Positions 12,668-25,340 of a stretch of 64,000 nucleotides of DNA are shown here, one piece after another. The notes under the pieces are model-generated. The model was not told the DNA's origin and made no database searches. It saw nothing but the letters and a program-made list of their open reading frames with translations. Position 1 is the first letter of the stretch. Each line of letters starts with the position of its first letter. The position numbers and the translations under genes were made by a program. This DNA is from Somniosus microcephalus (taxonomy: Eukaryota): NCBI GenBank assembly GCA_052327205.1, contig CM126229.1:23808001-23872000 (forward strand), in the 5' to 3' direction.

Positions 12668-15024
12668 TTTTATTAGTTTTTTATGGGATGTGGGCATCAC
12701 TGGCAAGGCCAGCATTTATTGCCCATCCCTAGTTGCCCTTGAGAAGGTGGTGGTGAGCCGCCGCCTTGAACCACTGCAGTCCGTGTGAAGAAGGTACTCC
12801 CACAGTGCTGTGAGGGAGGGAGTTCCAGGATTTTGACCCAGCGACGATGAAGGAATGGCGATATACTTCTAAGTCAGGATGGTGTGTGACTTGGAGGGGA
12901 TCTTGGAGGCGGTGGTGTTCCCATGCGCCTGCTGCCCTTGTCCTTCTAGGTAGAAGAGGTCGCGGGTTTCAGAGGTGCTGCCGAAGAAGCCTTGGCGAGT
13001 TGCTGCAGTGCATCTTGTAGATGGTACACACTGCAGTCACGGTACGCCGGTGGTGGAGGGAGTGAATGTTTAAGGTGGTAGATGGGGTGCCAATCAAGCG
13101 GGCTGCTTTGTCCTGGATGGTGTTGAGCTTCTTGAGTGTTGTTGGAGCTGCACTCATCCAGGCAAGTGGAGAGTATTCCATCACACTCCTGACTTGTGCC
13201 TTGTAGATGGTGGAAAGGCTTTGGGGAGTCTGGAGGTGAGACACTCGCCTCTGACCTGCTCTTGTTGCCACAGTATTTATGTGGCTGGTCAATGGTGACC
13301 CCCCCCCGGATGTTGATGGTGGGGGATTCGGCGATGGTAATGCCATTGAATGTCAAGGGGCGATGGTTAGACTCTTGAAGATAGCCATTGCTTGGCACTT
13401 CTGTGGCGCGAATGTTACCTGTCACTTATCAGCCCAAGCCTGAACGCTGTCCAGGTCTTGTTGCATGTGGGCATGGACTGCTTCATTATCTGAGGAGTTG
13501 TGAATGGCGCTGAACACTGCAGTCATCAGCGAACATCCCCATTTCTGACCTTGTGTTGGAGAGAAGGAAGGTCATTGATGAAGCAGCTGAAGATGGTTGG
13601 GCCTAGGACACTACCCTGAAGAACTCCTGCAGCGATGTCCTGGGCTGTGACGATTGACCTTCAACCACCACAACTATCTTCCTTTGTGCTAGGTATGACT
13701 CCAGCCAATGGAGCGTTTCTCCACCCCCCCCCCCCCCCCCCCCGATTCCCACTGACTTCAGTTTTACTAGGGCTCCTTGATGCCACACTCTCTCAAATGT
13801 TGCCTTGATGTCAAGGGCAGTCACTCTCACCTCACCTCTGGAATTCAGCTCCTTTGTCCATGTTATGATATGTTGGCCTTCCTAGCTAGAGGATTTGAGT
13901 ACAGGAGCAAGGATGTCTTGATGCAGTTGTACAGGGCCTTGGTGAGACCACACCTTGAGTATTGTGTGCAGTTTTGGTCGCCTTATCTGAGGAAGGATGT
14001 TCTTGCCATGGAGAGAGTGCAGATTAACCAGACTGATACCTGGGATGGCAGGAATGACGTATGAGGAGAGATTGGGTCGATTAGGCTTATATTCGCGAGA
14101 GTTTAGAAGAATGAGAGGAGATCTCATTGAAACTTATAAAATTCTAACAAGACTGGACAGACTAGATGCAGGAAGGATGTTCCTGATGGCGGGGGAGTCC
14201 AGAACCAGGGGTCACAGTCTAAAGATAAGGGGTAAGCCATTTAGGACTGAGATGAGGAGGAATTTCTTCACCCAGAGAGTGGTGAACCTGTGGAATTCTC
14301 TACCACAGAAGGCAGTTGAGGCCAATTCATTAAATGTATTCAAGAAGGAGTTAGATATATTTCTTGAGGCTAAAGGGATCAAGGGATATGAGGAGAAAGC
14401 AGGAACAGGGTAATGAATTTGGATGATCAGCCATGATCTCATTAAATGGCGGAGCAGGCTCGAGGGGCCGAATGGCCTACTCCTGCTCCTATCTTCTATG
14501 CTTCTATGTTTGGACCAAGGTTGTAATGAGGTCGGGAGCCGAGTGGTCTTGGTGGAACCGAAACTGGGCATCAGTGAGCAGGTTATTGGTGAGTAAGTGC
14601 CACTTGATAGCACTGTCGATGACTCCTTCCATCACTTTGCTGATGATTGAGAGTAGACTGAAGGGGTGGTAATTGGCCAGGTTGGATTTGTCCTGCTTTT
14701 TGTGGACAAGATATACCTGGGCAGTTTTCCACATTGTCGGATAGATGCCAGTGTTGTAGCTGTACTGGAACAGCTTGGCTAGAGGTGTGGCTAGTTCTGG
14801 AACACAAGTCTTCAGCAGGATAACCGGGATGTTGTCAGGGCCCGTAGCCTTTGCTGTATCCAGTGCACTCAGCAGTTTCTTGATATCACGTGGAGTGAAT
14901 CGAATTGGCTGAAGACTGACTTCTGTGATGGTGGGGACCTCCGGAGTAGGCCGATATGGATCATCCACTCGGCACTTCTGGCTGAAGATGGTTGCAAACG
15001 CTTCAGCCTTGTCTTTTGAACTCA
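12668..15024 (-). mobile_element. CR1/L2-superfamily LINE (second family), degenerate, interrupted by a CR1 insertion
   Basis: RT-region peptides KATGPDNIP, VHKKQDKSNLANYHPFSLLS, ALDIKATFERVW, YKAQVRSVMEYSP; 3' tail gggcaataaatgctggccttgccag. Confidence 0.85.
13865..14505 (+). mobile_element. CR1 LINE 3' fragment nested in the older LINE
   Basis: Same family as 6243-7573 (RPHLEYCVQFWSP, RTRGHSL); flanked by ATGTT at 13860-13864 and 14506-14510. Confidence 0.9.
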
Positions 15025-15759
15025 CTTAGTTCTGCATGCGTAGCTTCCAACTCCAAGCCAAGAGTTGTGTCTTGCACTGATTTGTTTTAAACTTAGATGT
15101 ACCTCTGAACATGAGCTTTCCCTTTTCTTTAATTCTGACACTAGCGAGTCGAGGGGCAGTGTTGCTGACACCTTCCTGTGCATGGATTCACCAGCAGTCC
15201 TGTCAATCAAACCGACTGCCCCCTCGCCTAGGAGTATATTCCCTGTTGATACCTTATGTAGTGCCCATCTGTTGGCCACCTGCAACACCTGAAATGACAA
15301 ATTACTGAATGTCTCTGCTCATCCAACTAATGGGCCTGAGATGAGAGAATAGATCCTTGTTGTATCAGTTTGAAATAGACAGCAAATTGTGACATTCCCT
15401 CCCTAACAGCACTTTGGGAGTCCCTTCACCACATGGACTGCACCAGTTCAAGAAGGCGGCTCACCACCACCCTCTCTAGTTCAATTAGGGATTGGTAATA
15501 AATGTTGGCCTTGCCAGCGACGACAGATCCCGTTAACAAATTTTTTTTAAATCCCCACACTGGCTTGTTTTGCTTTAATACAGATTGTCAATATCTGCAA
15601 GCTGTGACTTTGCATTTTGCAAATTCAATTTATTTTAAACGTAACTCGGTCCCAAAAACCTTTCGATGAAGACGCAAAACCTAAATGTTGTTTGAGAGGT
15701 TTGGATACATTTGGAACCATAAAGGTGAAGCTAATAATTTTCAGTTAAATGAACCTCAG

Positions 15760-16437
15760 TTGTATGTAGCACATAAACCGTATCTTTCCTCATATGGCCG
15801 CATGTCAAATACATTGATGTCCAGCTGAACTCTACTATGAGAATTATCACTGGTATGCTTTTATCGACACCCAACACCTTGGCTGCTTGCAAACATCGCC
15901 CTACCACACCTACGCCGCAAATATGCAGTCTCCAGCGAATACAACTGCTATACCAGCAAAGACCTGCTGATCCAGGCCGACTTGAACAACCAACCACCAA
16001 CCCGTCTCGAATCTAGACGGCCATTTTGGATCGTATGCGAAGCCCTTCAGGGATTTTTTTTTTTTTCCCCCTCTGCCTTGATGACCGATGATGAACTGCT
16101 TGGAAGATCTGCAACATACTGAATGGATTCCTTAGAGGACCCCACAGTACAACCTGAAGGATCAAACTTTCCTTGCAAACCGTGGACAACCATCAACCGC
16201 CTCAGAACCAGTCATGGTAGATGCTGCCACCTTCTCCATAGATGGAAGATTAAAGCATCCCCATCATGCGACTGTGGAGCTCCTCATCAGACCCTGGAGC
16301 ACATCATTGAACACTGCCTCAGAGGAAATTCACAGGCAGCCTACCAGATATCCACCCTGTTGCACTGGAAGCTTTGGCCTGGATATCTGACTTCGATATT
16401 GATATTTAATTGTCCTTTGCTACTACCATACGAAAAT
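15760..16437 (+). mobile_element. Ingi/Vingi-like LINE 3' fragment
   Basis: HVKYIDVQLNSTMRIITG...TPTPWL and WTTINRLRTSHGRC...SPSCDCGAPHQTLEHIIEHC (C-terminal CCHC finger); clade assignment tentative. Confidence 0.6.
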
Positions 16438-16710
16438 ACTATCTGTCATGTATTTCGCTTTCTATTCCAGCTGTTTTCTGACCTTTCTACTGTTACTTTG
16501 GCTTTATTGCAGTTAACATTAAGTCTGAATTTTCCTCTGTGGCAGATATTGAGGTATTGGCATTCGATATGAGTTGGTTATAATTGGTTAAGCTGGACAG
16601 GAACAGGTGGATTTCTTAAACAATAGTGTTTCAGAGGTAGAACACCTACCTCAAAGTAGATGGTGGATTATATGGTGACTCAATAGCTTTATTTGCATTC
16701 TGCTTCATAG

Positions 16711-16761
16711 ATTCAGACCACAAAGAGCAAGCAGCTGACACAAGACAAAAGCAAGAACCAA
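16711..16761 (+). CDS. ATF7IP: ATF7IP small exon (51 nt, phase 1-1)
   Basis: tgcttcatag|16711 ... 16761|gtaagt; open in phase (DSDHKEQAADTRQKQEP); keeps frame between neighbouring exons but the peptide is not recognisably conserved. Confidence 0.6.
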
Positions 16762-17686
16762 GTAAGTACTTGTTTTCATAGGAAAATGTTGCACAAAATT
16801 GATTAAAGATACTATAGTATCTGCATATTTTTACCTATATTCCATTTTCCACCTTTCTCCCTCCCATTGAAACACCCATGCTAGTCACTTCAAACTGTCT
16901 CCTTTACTGGTATAACAGTCCAGGCTGCTGTCTTCTGTAGCAATCGTCTATTTTAAACATGTATAAATAGCATTCCTTTAATTAAAGCCCCCATATGTTC
17001 TTAAATACAGTGCTGTAGTCAGGGGCAATAATTACACTTTTGGATATTAAGGGAATCAAGGGATATGGGGATAGTGCAGGAAAGTGAAGTTGAGGTAGAA
17101 GATCAGCCATGATCTTAGTGAGTGGCAGAGCAGGCTCGAGGGGCCGAATGGCCGACTCCTGCTCTTATTTCTTATGTTTGTGATTTTGATTTGCTGGATT
17201 TAAAGGCTTGGGTGAGGTTCAGTGGTCTTAGAGTGATTTAGCACACCTTTAATAGTCCAAAACAGTTTCCTTTTACTGTAAAGGGTTTGCCATAGTTTGA
17301 GGAAGGTAATGGTTCGGACATGATGCAGTTTTATGAGCAATTGCAGACATTTAACACGTGGGGGTCGATTTTCGGAGTACACACTGCTAGCATTGTTTCC
17401 GAGTAAATTGGGCATTTTCTGGTACTAGTCTAACCAAAGTAACATTCCTTTTGTACTACTACCTATAATTGTGCTTATGAAACAAATAAGATAATCTTAA
17501 TGAACATTAATGCGGCGACAACTAAATCTCAACTGATACATGCAGCCAACTGTGAAGGATAATTCTGTGTAACCTGCTCATTGAGTAACAATACATAGAT
17601 TTAAATCGAGCCCTTTTGCAGTCCACAAATTGAATGCCACAGTTGACTGCAAACAGCCTTTATATATGAGCAATACTCCATCAGTA

Positions 17687-17932
17687 CAGTAAACTCTTGT
17701 TTAAACGGCACTTAATCATCCAGAATACTTTAATAACCGGCAAAATAGATAACCGGTAATCTTGCCGAATCCATCCAGCACTCGTTTTGCCGAGTCAGAG
17801 TCTCCCGCGGTGGCCGAGTTAGTCAGTGGTTTTTATTTTTGTTTGTTAAAAATTGCCTACCTCTGTTATCCAGAATTTTTCATCAACCGGCAGCATCCTG
17901 GTCCCGTAGGTGCCGGATAAGAGAGTTTACTG
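17687..17932. mobile_element. Tigger/pogo-like MITE
   Basis: TA-flanked (17685-86, 17933-34) with TIRs cagtaaactct...agagtttactg, extending imperfectly to cggcac/gtgccg. Confidence 0.75.
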
Positions 17933-18595
17933 TACACCTCCAAACAAATTACCACCTTTTTAAAAAGTTAGAAATAATTAAGACACAGGTTATATCTGGT
18001 TTTTAAATGTGTTACTTTTAAATAGTACTAATGACCTCATTGGGATAGTGGCTTTAAGGAGTACTGACCCCAATTGTAACAGCAAATTGAATTAACATTC
18101 AAAGAGTTGGTCATAAATTCACGGGTGATTGTGTGCACCGTACAGCCGACGCTCAATCAGCGGTCCTGCTCTGTGAGTTCCATATCCTTTCTGAGTCAGT
18201 ATCCGGGTAATGTCTCAATAAAAATATTTCAAAATCCAATCAAATAGAACAAAAAAGTATGTTTACCATAGTTCTTTGCAGTTGCAGTTTCTTTAAAAAA
18301 AAAAAAAGTTGTCTTTGGCTCACAAACTCTAATCAAAAATACTTCAAAAAATCCCCCATAAAAATCAAATACTTTGTATTTTAAATCTTTAAAAGGAGAA
18401 AATATATTCTCAAATCTTACTACTTTGGAAATTTGTGGTATGTACTAGTTCAGAGACTGGAACTCTGATGAGTAAAGTTGTGCATTAATTTTCAGGAATA
18501 AGCATGCAGCAGGTGGGAGAAGAGGTGTTAGTATTTATTGAATGTCAAGTTTGAAAGGTGCTTCTACTTACAGCCAGCAGTTGTCTATTTGTGGA

Positions 18596-18870
18596 ATAAC
18601 AACAACAGGAAACGCTGGAAAAACTCAGCAGGCCAGGGCAGCATCGGTGGAGAGAGAAACAGTGTTAACGTTTCAGGTCGATGACCTTTCGTCAGAGCTG
18701 GGGGGGAAAAGCAGGAAATGGAAAGCAAGTTTGGGGGCTGGGAAAAGGGGGAGGGGGTGAAAGAACAAACAGGAAGGTCAGTGATAGGATAGAAAGCAGG
18801 AGCAATGAAGAGACATTGAGACATTAAGAGATATTCAAGGCAGGGGGAGGTGGAAATGGGACAGGTGGAA
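18596..18870 (-). mobile_element. Penelope-like 3' fragment with hammerhead core (18663-18699)
   Basis: Minus strand CTGACGA-A-AGGTC-ATC-GACCT-GAAA-CGTT; similar to 61346-61640. Confidence 0.7.
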
Positions 18871-20943
18871 ATTGTCTTATTTGTGGAGTTAGTAGATGTA
18901 ATTGTAGTTTTGCACTTGTGTGCTATTAATCATGCAAGTGCCATGAACATATTTACTCATTCAGGTGCTGTTGGGGCTTTGAGGGGATTGGACTCATTTA
19001 CTGGGTGGCAAGCACTGCCTGACAATGTGATTTTTATATGAAAGGTTGGTGGCTTACGTTAATCTTCATGATCTAGAGGTTTTTTTCCTGAAAACCCGAC
19101 CTTTAAAGCTGATTCTCAACCAGAGCAAACCCTTTATTTAAAAATAGTCGCTCCCATCAAAATGGTAGCTGAAAATATGAATTCGGAGACGGAGTTTCCT
19201 TAAACGTGTTGACAATTTAAGGGTAAATATGCGTTTTTTGGGGGAGGGGGTGGAAGAAAGTAAGAGTGATTCTGTTGGTTCTAAGCTCCTGTAGTTGGCA
19301 GAAAAATTGAGTTTTTAGGCTTCTTGCATAATATTCCTACACTTACCTATACAGCAGCATTGACTGCACTCCAAGGAAATTCAGGTAAATACACTTTGGG
19401 ACATTTCTGAGACGCAAGTTGTTAAATAAATGCAAGTTCTGTCTATCTGTCCTTCTATCTTTCTTTCAAACTTTCTGAAATTTTGTGATGCCATCTGTTC
19501 TCGAGATGCATGTTTTTAAACTAATGTGTGTCTTATAAATATGTATCCCTATTTTCAGAATCAAAAATGAAATGTTATGGGGTGGGGGGGAAGCTTTATG
19601 ACTTCACTGATTTTTCTTGATTTGATTAGTAGCTGTCTAATTTTATACATTGTAATTGGGTGTTAACTAGGGTCAGTGAGTCATTGATGCCAAAAAAAAA
19701 TCAGTTATCTGTAGTGGTCCTATGAAATCTTTGTCGAGCCCAGACACCAACACGATGGGCCAAATGGCCTCCTTCTGTGCCGTAAATTGCGATGATAATG
19801 TTACAAACGCGCTTACTTTTGACAGCCATGTTTCTATAGGACATGTAGGGATAGGATGGTGGTGAAACTGAAGACACATTACTATTTTCTTTCTCTTTTT
19901 TGGTGCTCATCAGGGTATGAGATGGCGGTGCTGTTGAATGGAACACTTTTCTTCCTTGCACCCAGTGACAGCATTAAGTACTTCCAGGACAGGTATAGTA
20001 CAGGTTAGGTAATATTTAGTGATACCCTGCCCCAATAATGTGCCTTAATGCCAACTCCTGAAGAACAGCCCCTAACTGCACTAGGATAAAATTACCATTT
20101 GCTCTTCCAAGCCCCCCTCCTGGCCTCTAAGAACAACATTGTCCGTTTAGTGCTGAATCAGACAGGTTCGTGCCATCTGTGTGTGGCTCTGAACCATGGC
20201 TGCCCAAGCTCAATTCACTAAGAACCGTTAACCTTTGGAAAGCCAGTGTTTTCCTTCCATCTGCTTGGTGTAGATTTGGGCCCAAGTATGGCGAGTTCTG
20301 AATTACTGAGGTACAAAGTCCCTGACTTACTGCCCCACGTGTGTGAAGTGCGAAGTGCACATGGCAAAGACATGTAGCAATTTGTGGTTCCCCATTACAA
20401 TCCCTCCCGTCAAAAGAAAAGGAAATGTATTGACTAAAGTGACAGTGTTCAGAGAAGTTCAGGAAATGAATAACAGAAAAATGTTACGCTTCAATAACCA
20501 GTTGCCAATCGAGTATATATTTAAATTTAGAAATAAATCGAGTTGTCCATAGTATTAGACCAGGAAATGTGGAAATATAAAAAAGTACCCAGTCTACTGT
20601 CCTGCAGATTGGCCAGCAATATAAACTGGTGCTGTAACTTCCATTAGTGAAATGATGTGACTTGCCAAATCCTTAAACCAGAAGCATTCATCCTGTATAT
20701 TTGGTACACAGTTTTACAGCATTCACAGACCTAGAAAGGTGAAGTATTGTGACTTATGCCGCTTTTAGTCTTCACCATCCAGAGCATAAGCATCTGATCA
20801 GTGATGGTGAGAAATGCCAAAATGTAGAATGAATCTGGTGTGTGTTTTTAGTGGAGTAAACCCAATGGTTGGATGCTATTCTATTTTTTTTTTTTTTAAA
20901 GTATTTAAAATATAACCAGAACAATCTTGATCCATCTTTGTAG

Positions 20944-21089
20944 ATGAAGTTGTGCCACGAAAAAGGTCCAAGTCTGAAGACATGGATAGCAGTATATCCA
21001 AGCGGTGTCGGTTTTCTGGAGATGAATATGAGGCTGCCTTAAAAGTGAAGATCACTGCCAGAGGGGAGATCCGCCAGACGCTGGAGAAG
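20944..21089 (+). CDS. ATF7IP: ATF7IP exon (basic NLS-like region, start of SETDB1-binding domain)
   Basis: ctttgtag|20944; EVVPRKRSKSEDMDSSISKRCRFSGDEYEAALKVKITARGEIRQTLEK resembles mammalian RKRSKSEDMD...KITAKGDINQKLQK; donor gtatgt; phase 1 to 0. Confidence 0.93.
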
Positions 21090-21258
21090 GTATGTGGCCT
21101 GGACTGCTGAGTCTGCACTGTCTCATCAGAAAACAGTGGTCCACGCTTCTCCCCGTGTCAGTTTTACATCCTCTATATACAAAGGCTGCTCTATCAAATA
21201 AGAACATCATTATCACTTTAACAGCTTGGTTTCATACAGGAGTCAGCTTGGTCATATA

Positions 21259-22563
21259 TCTATCTATATATATAAAGCGGCTCTTCTGTCTGTCCGCCTG
21301 GTCTCTATACGTTTGGAAGTTACAGAGCGTACCGACGCGCACGTCGCCTCAAAAGAAAGCTTGCGATTCCGGACCGGTCATAGGCGTATTTACGTTTCGG
21401 CCGGACAAAAATCCCGCCCGCGGTATCCCAAAAACGTTCAGCGTTCCGCTCATTAGCATCTCATTAGTGACCGTGTGACGTCGAGGTCTTCCTACAGTCG
21501 AGTGACTCGACGATTGACCAATCCTACGCTTCGGTGACCTGACCGGTCGACCAATCGGTGCGTGTGTGGGCGGGCCTTATCCTTCTGAACCGAGGTGAGT
21601 GGCCGCCATCTTGATTTTCCACGATTTTTTCCCCCACACTTTCTGTCTGTTGGGGAACTAAGGTAAAGATTTCAATTATGTGTTAGGCAATTAATTAACA
21701 ATTTATTTGAGTTTTATATTGTGTTTAGCAACCCCCCCCCCCCCCCCCCCCCCTCCTCCTCACCCTCGCGCAGGGGGGACTCGGGGCCTGAAGCTGAAAA
21801 AATTTCTCTCTCTCTCTTTCTTCCCTCTCTCTCTCTCCTTCTCCTCTTCCCTCTCTCTCCTTCTCCTCTTCCCTCTCTCCTCTTCCCCCTCTCTCCTTCT
21901 CCTCTTCCCTCTCTGTCTCTCTCTACTTCCCCCTCTCAGGTGTCGCGGACGGAGCGCGGGCGCGCCCCCCGAAGTTTCCCGCTCGCTAACGGCCTTGCCG
22001 GCTCCCGCGGGCCGCCCGCACTGACCGCGCATGCGCCGCCCGCACTGACCGCGCATGCGCTGCCCGCCCGCCCACAGCGGCCGTCCATCAGCCGCGCGAT
22101 ACGCGGGGGACCTCAGCAACGGCACCGGACCTCAGGCGCTAGGCAGGGGGAGGGGCCGGAGAGAGGGACAGAGGGGAGCGGGGGGGGGGGGGAGAGGGGT
22201 GGGGGGGAGAGGGAGACGGGGGGGAGGGGAGGGAGGGATAGGACAGTGAGAGGACATGACGGGGAGAGGGGGGACATACAGGGGCAGGGAGACCAAACGC
22301 CCCAAAATTGCCCTCGCGCCCCAAAATTGCCCTCGCAACGCGGGGCTCGCTAAGCAGGGGGAGGGGCCGGAGAGAGGGACAGAGGGGAGGGGTGGGGGGG
22401 GGGGGGGGGGGGAGAGGGAGACCGGGGAGAGGGGAGGGAGGGAGCGAGGAGAGGGGAGGGAGGGATAGGACAGGGAGAGGACATGACGGAGAGGGGGGAC
22501 ACACAGGGGCAGGGAGACCAAACGCCCCAAAATTGCCCTCGCAACGCGGGGCTCCCCAGCTAG
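21259..22563 (+). mobile_element. Non-autonomous Helitron, copy 1
   Basis: 5' A|TC-tatctatatatataaagcgg, (CTGT)n near the 5' end, GC hairpin GCCCTCGCAACGCGGGGC (22535-22552), then CTAG|T at 22560-22563; no TSD, no ORF. Confidence 0.8.
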
Positions 22564-23393
22564 TATATATATAAAGCGGCTCTTCTGTCTGTCCCGATGT
22601 CTGTCTGTCCGTTCTCTATACGTTTGAAAGTTACAGAGCGTACCGACGCGCGCGTCGCCTCAAAAGAAAGCTTGCAATTCCAGACCGGTCATAGGCGTAT
22701 TTACGTTTCGGCCGGACAAAAATCCCGCCCGCGGTATCCGAAAAACGTTCAGCGTTCCGCTCATTAGCATCTCATTAGCGACCGTGTGACGTCGAGGTCG
22801 ACCAATCGGACGGGCGCGTGCCATCCTACAGTTGAGTGTCGAGTGACTCGACGATTGACCAATCCTACGCTTCGGTGACCTGACCGGTCGACCAATCGGT
22901 CCGTGTGTGGGCGGGCCTTATCCTTCTGAACCGAGGTGAGTGGCCGCCATCTTGATTTTTCACTCTCTTCCCCCACACTTTCTGTGTGTTAGGGAACTAA
23001 GGTAAATATTTTAATGATGTGTTAGGGAATTAAATAACAATTTAATAGTGGGGGGGAGAGCCTCGGGAAATCGCCGGGGGGTGGGGGAGCCTCGGGAAAT
23101 CGCGGGGGGGGGCGGGGGGGAGAGCCTCGGGAAATCGCGGGGGGCTCGCGCTGACCGCGCATGCGCCGCCCGCCCGACCACAGCGGCCGTCCATCAGCCG
23201 CGCGATACGCGGGGGACCTCAGCTCCGGACCTCAGGCGCTAGGCAGGGGGAGGGGCCGGAGAGAGGGAGGGAGGGAGGGGAGGGGAGGGAGGGAATAGGA
23301 CAGGGAGAGGACATGACGGGGAGAGGGGGGACACATGGGCAGGGAGACCAAGCGCCCCAAAATTGCCCTCGCAACGCGGTGCTCCCCAGCTAG
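22564..23393 (+). mobile_element. Non-autonomous Helitron, copy 2 (head-to-tail with copy 1)
   Basis: Starts tatatatataaagcggctcttctgtctgtcc directly after the CTAG of copy 1; ends with hairpin and CTAG|T at 23390-23393. Confidence 0.8.
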
Positions 23394-23835
23394 TATATAT
23401 ATAAATAAAAGCCTGGTTCTGAACGATTTGTTCTGTTGTTATTGACTCTATTGTCTTTGCACAGAAAAAAAAGTTCTTCAGCTAGTTTGCCTATTCGGTG
23501 CATTTACAGTTTTCTGTAAAGTTTAACATATTTTGTGTTTTTGGCATACCAATGTGGCCCTTCCAGTAAGGATGCATTTCTTTTCATTTTTTGGCATTTC
23601 ACTTTTTTTGTTTGAAGCCTTGTTTGACCCAGCTGACCGATTGATGTTGTCACTTGGATTCAAAATTTGCAAGGCTCCAGTATCTACTATTTTCAGTTCC
23701 AAAGAGATTGGCGTGCTTCCTGAACCAGGTCTAGAAAGGAAACAATTTGAAATGATAAAGTTACCACAGATAATTGGCACCTGTGAGCCTAACGAGTGTC
23801 TTGTTTAACCAGGATTTGAGGACCACAGAAACACT

Positions 23836-24770
23836 TTACATGGAATTACGTAGAAATTACAGCACGGAAACTGGCTATTCACCCCAACCAGGCTGTGTTG
23901 GTGTTTATCCTGCACAGTAGTCGCAATCCTAATCCCATGTGCCCATTCTGTTCCTATATCCCTTTTATTACCTTTCCTTTAACCATCTATCTAACCTACT
24001 CTTGAATGTTGACACGGTCTCTGCTTCAATCAATAACTCCAGTAGTGCATTCCATAGCCTCACAATCCTCTGTGTAAAAAAAAAAAAAAAAAAAAGTTTC
24101 TCTTGCATTTAATCTCGTAAATATGTTGCCTTGTTCTAGACCCCTCAATCACTGGAAACAGTCTTATTTATAACGACTCTGTTCGATCCCTTCGTAATTT
24201 TAAATACCTCTCAGCAAATCATCCTGTAACCACCTTTGTTGTAATGAAAACAGCCCCAGTTTTTCAAGTCGTCGTTTTGTATTTTTATTTCCTCATACCA
24301 GGCAGCATCCTGGTAAATCTGCACTGCCTCAACATCCTTCCTATAGTGTAGAGCCCAAAACTGCACACAGTATTCCAGCTGTGGGCTTACTAAGGTTTGA
24401 TATGGATTCACCATTACATCGTGACTTTAATCTGTACCTCTTCCACAAAGCCCAGTCTTCCATTAGCTTTCTTTATTGCCTTATGCACTTACGGTGCTGT
24501 TTTTAATGTCTTGTGAACGTGAACCCCCAATATCTTCTGCTCTTCCACAACACCCAGCTTTTACCCCATTCAAAGTGTAATTCTTTTATTTTTGTACCAT
24601 TTCACACTGACACTGAATTCCATCTGCCACTTATTTGCCCATTCCACCATCTTAATCAGTATCTCCTTGCACCTTCCTTTGGTCCTCAGAATTGTTTACT
24701 ATGCTTCCTATTTTAGTATTGTCTGCAAATTTGGACACCACGCCCTCTCGGCCTATAACCAAATCATTGA
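23836..24770 (-). mobile_element. Old degenerate CR1 LINE fragment
   Basis: Minus-strand peptides INDL...VSKFADNTK and PQLEYCVQFWA; CR1-like 3' tail. Confidence 0.75.
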
Positions 24771-24984
24771 TGCACGCACAAGCTCTCTCTCTGCGTGGGT
24801 GGGGTACCCTTCCGAGAGCGTGGGCCCAAGGGCTGTGGTTTCTTCCGCAAGTAGTTTGGTTATATCTACTGTTCAAGAAATCCGACCATAGGTTCTGGAC
24901 ATATGACATTGCCTCAGTGAGATCTAAAGAGCAGGCCTGTATTCCAGATCAAGTCCCACTCGCCTATTATTCCTGTTCTTGCTG

Positions 24985-25340
24985 ACCTACATTAGCTCGC
25001 GGTCCTCATCCTTGTATTTGAAGCTCTTGATGGCCTTGCCCCTCCCTATCTCTGGAATCTCCTGGCCCTACAACTGCTTCATAACTCCTCATTCTTGTGC
25101 ATCTCTTTCCCCCCCCCTCCCCCCATCGTTGGCAGCCATACCGTCAGCCATCTAGGCCCCATGGTCTGGAGTTGCTTCCCTAAACCCCTCCACCTCCCAC
25201 TCCTTTTAAGACCCTCCTTAAAACCCACCTCATTGACCAAGCTTTTGGTCACCCCTCCTAATATCTCCTCTGTTGGCACATCTGATTACGCTTTGGGGTG
25301 TTTTTCTTCATTAAAGGCGCTATATAAATGCAGATTGTTA
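24985..25340 (+). mobile_element. L2-type LINE 3' end
   Basis: ccttaaaacccacctcattgaccaagcttttggtcacc...aaaggcgctatataaatgca tail. Confidence 0.6.

Noticed and set aside
21707-22574. Pro/Gly/Arg-rich ORFs (also 29015-29709)
   Set aside because: Artefacts of GC-rich low-complexity Helitron sequence.
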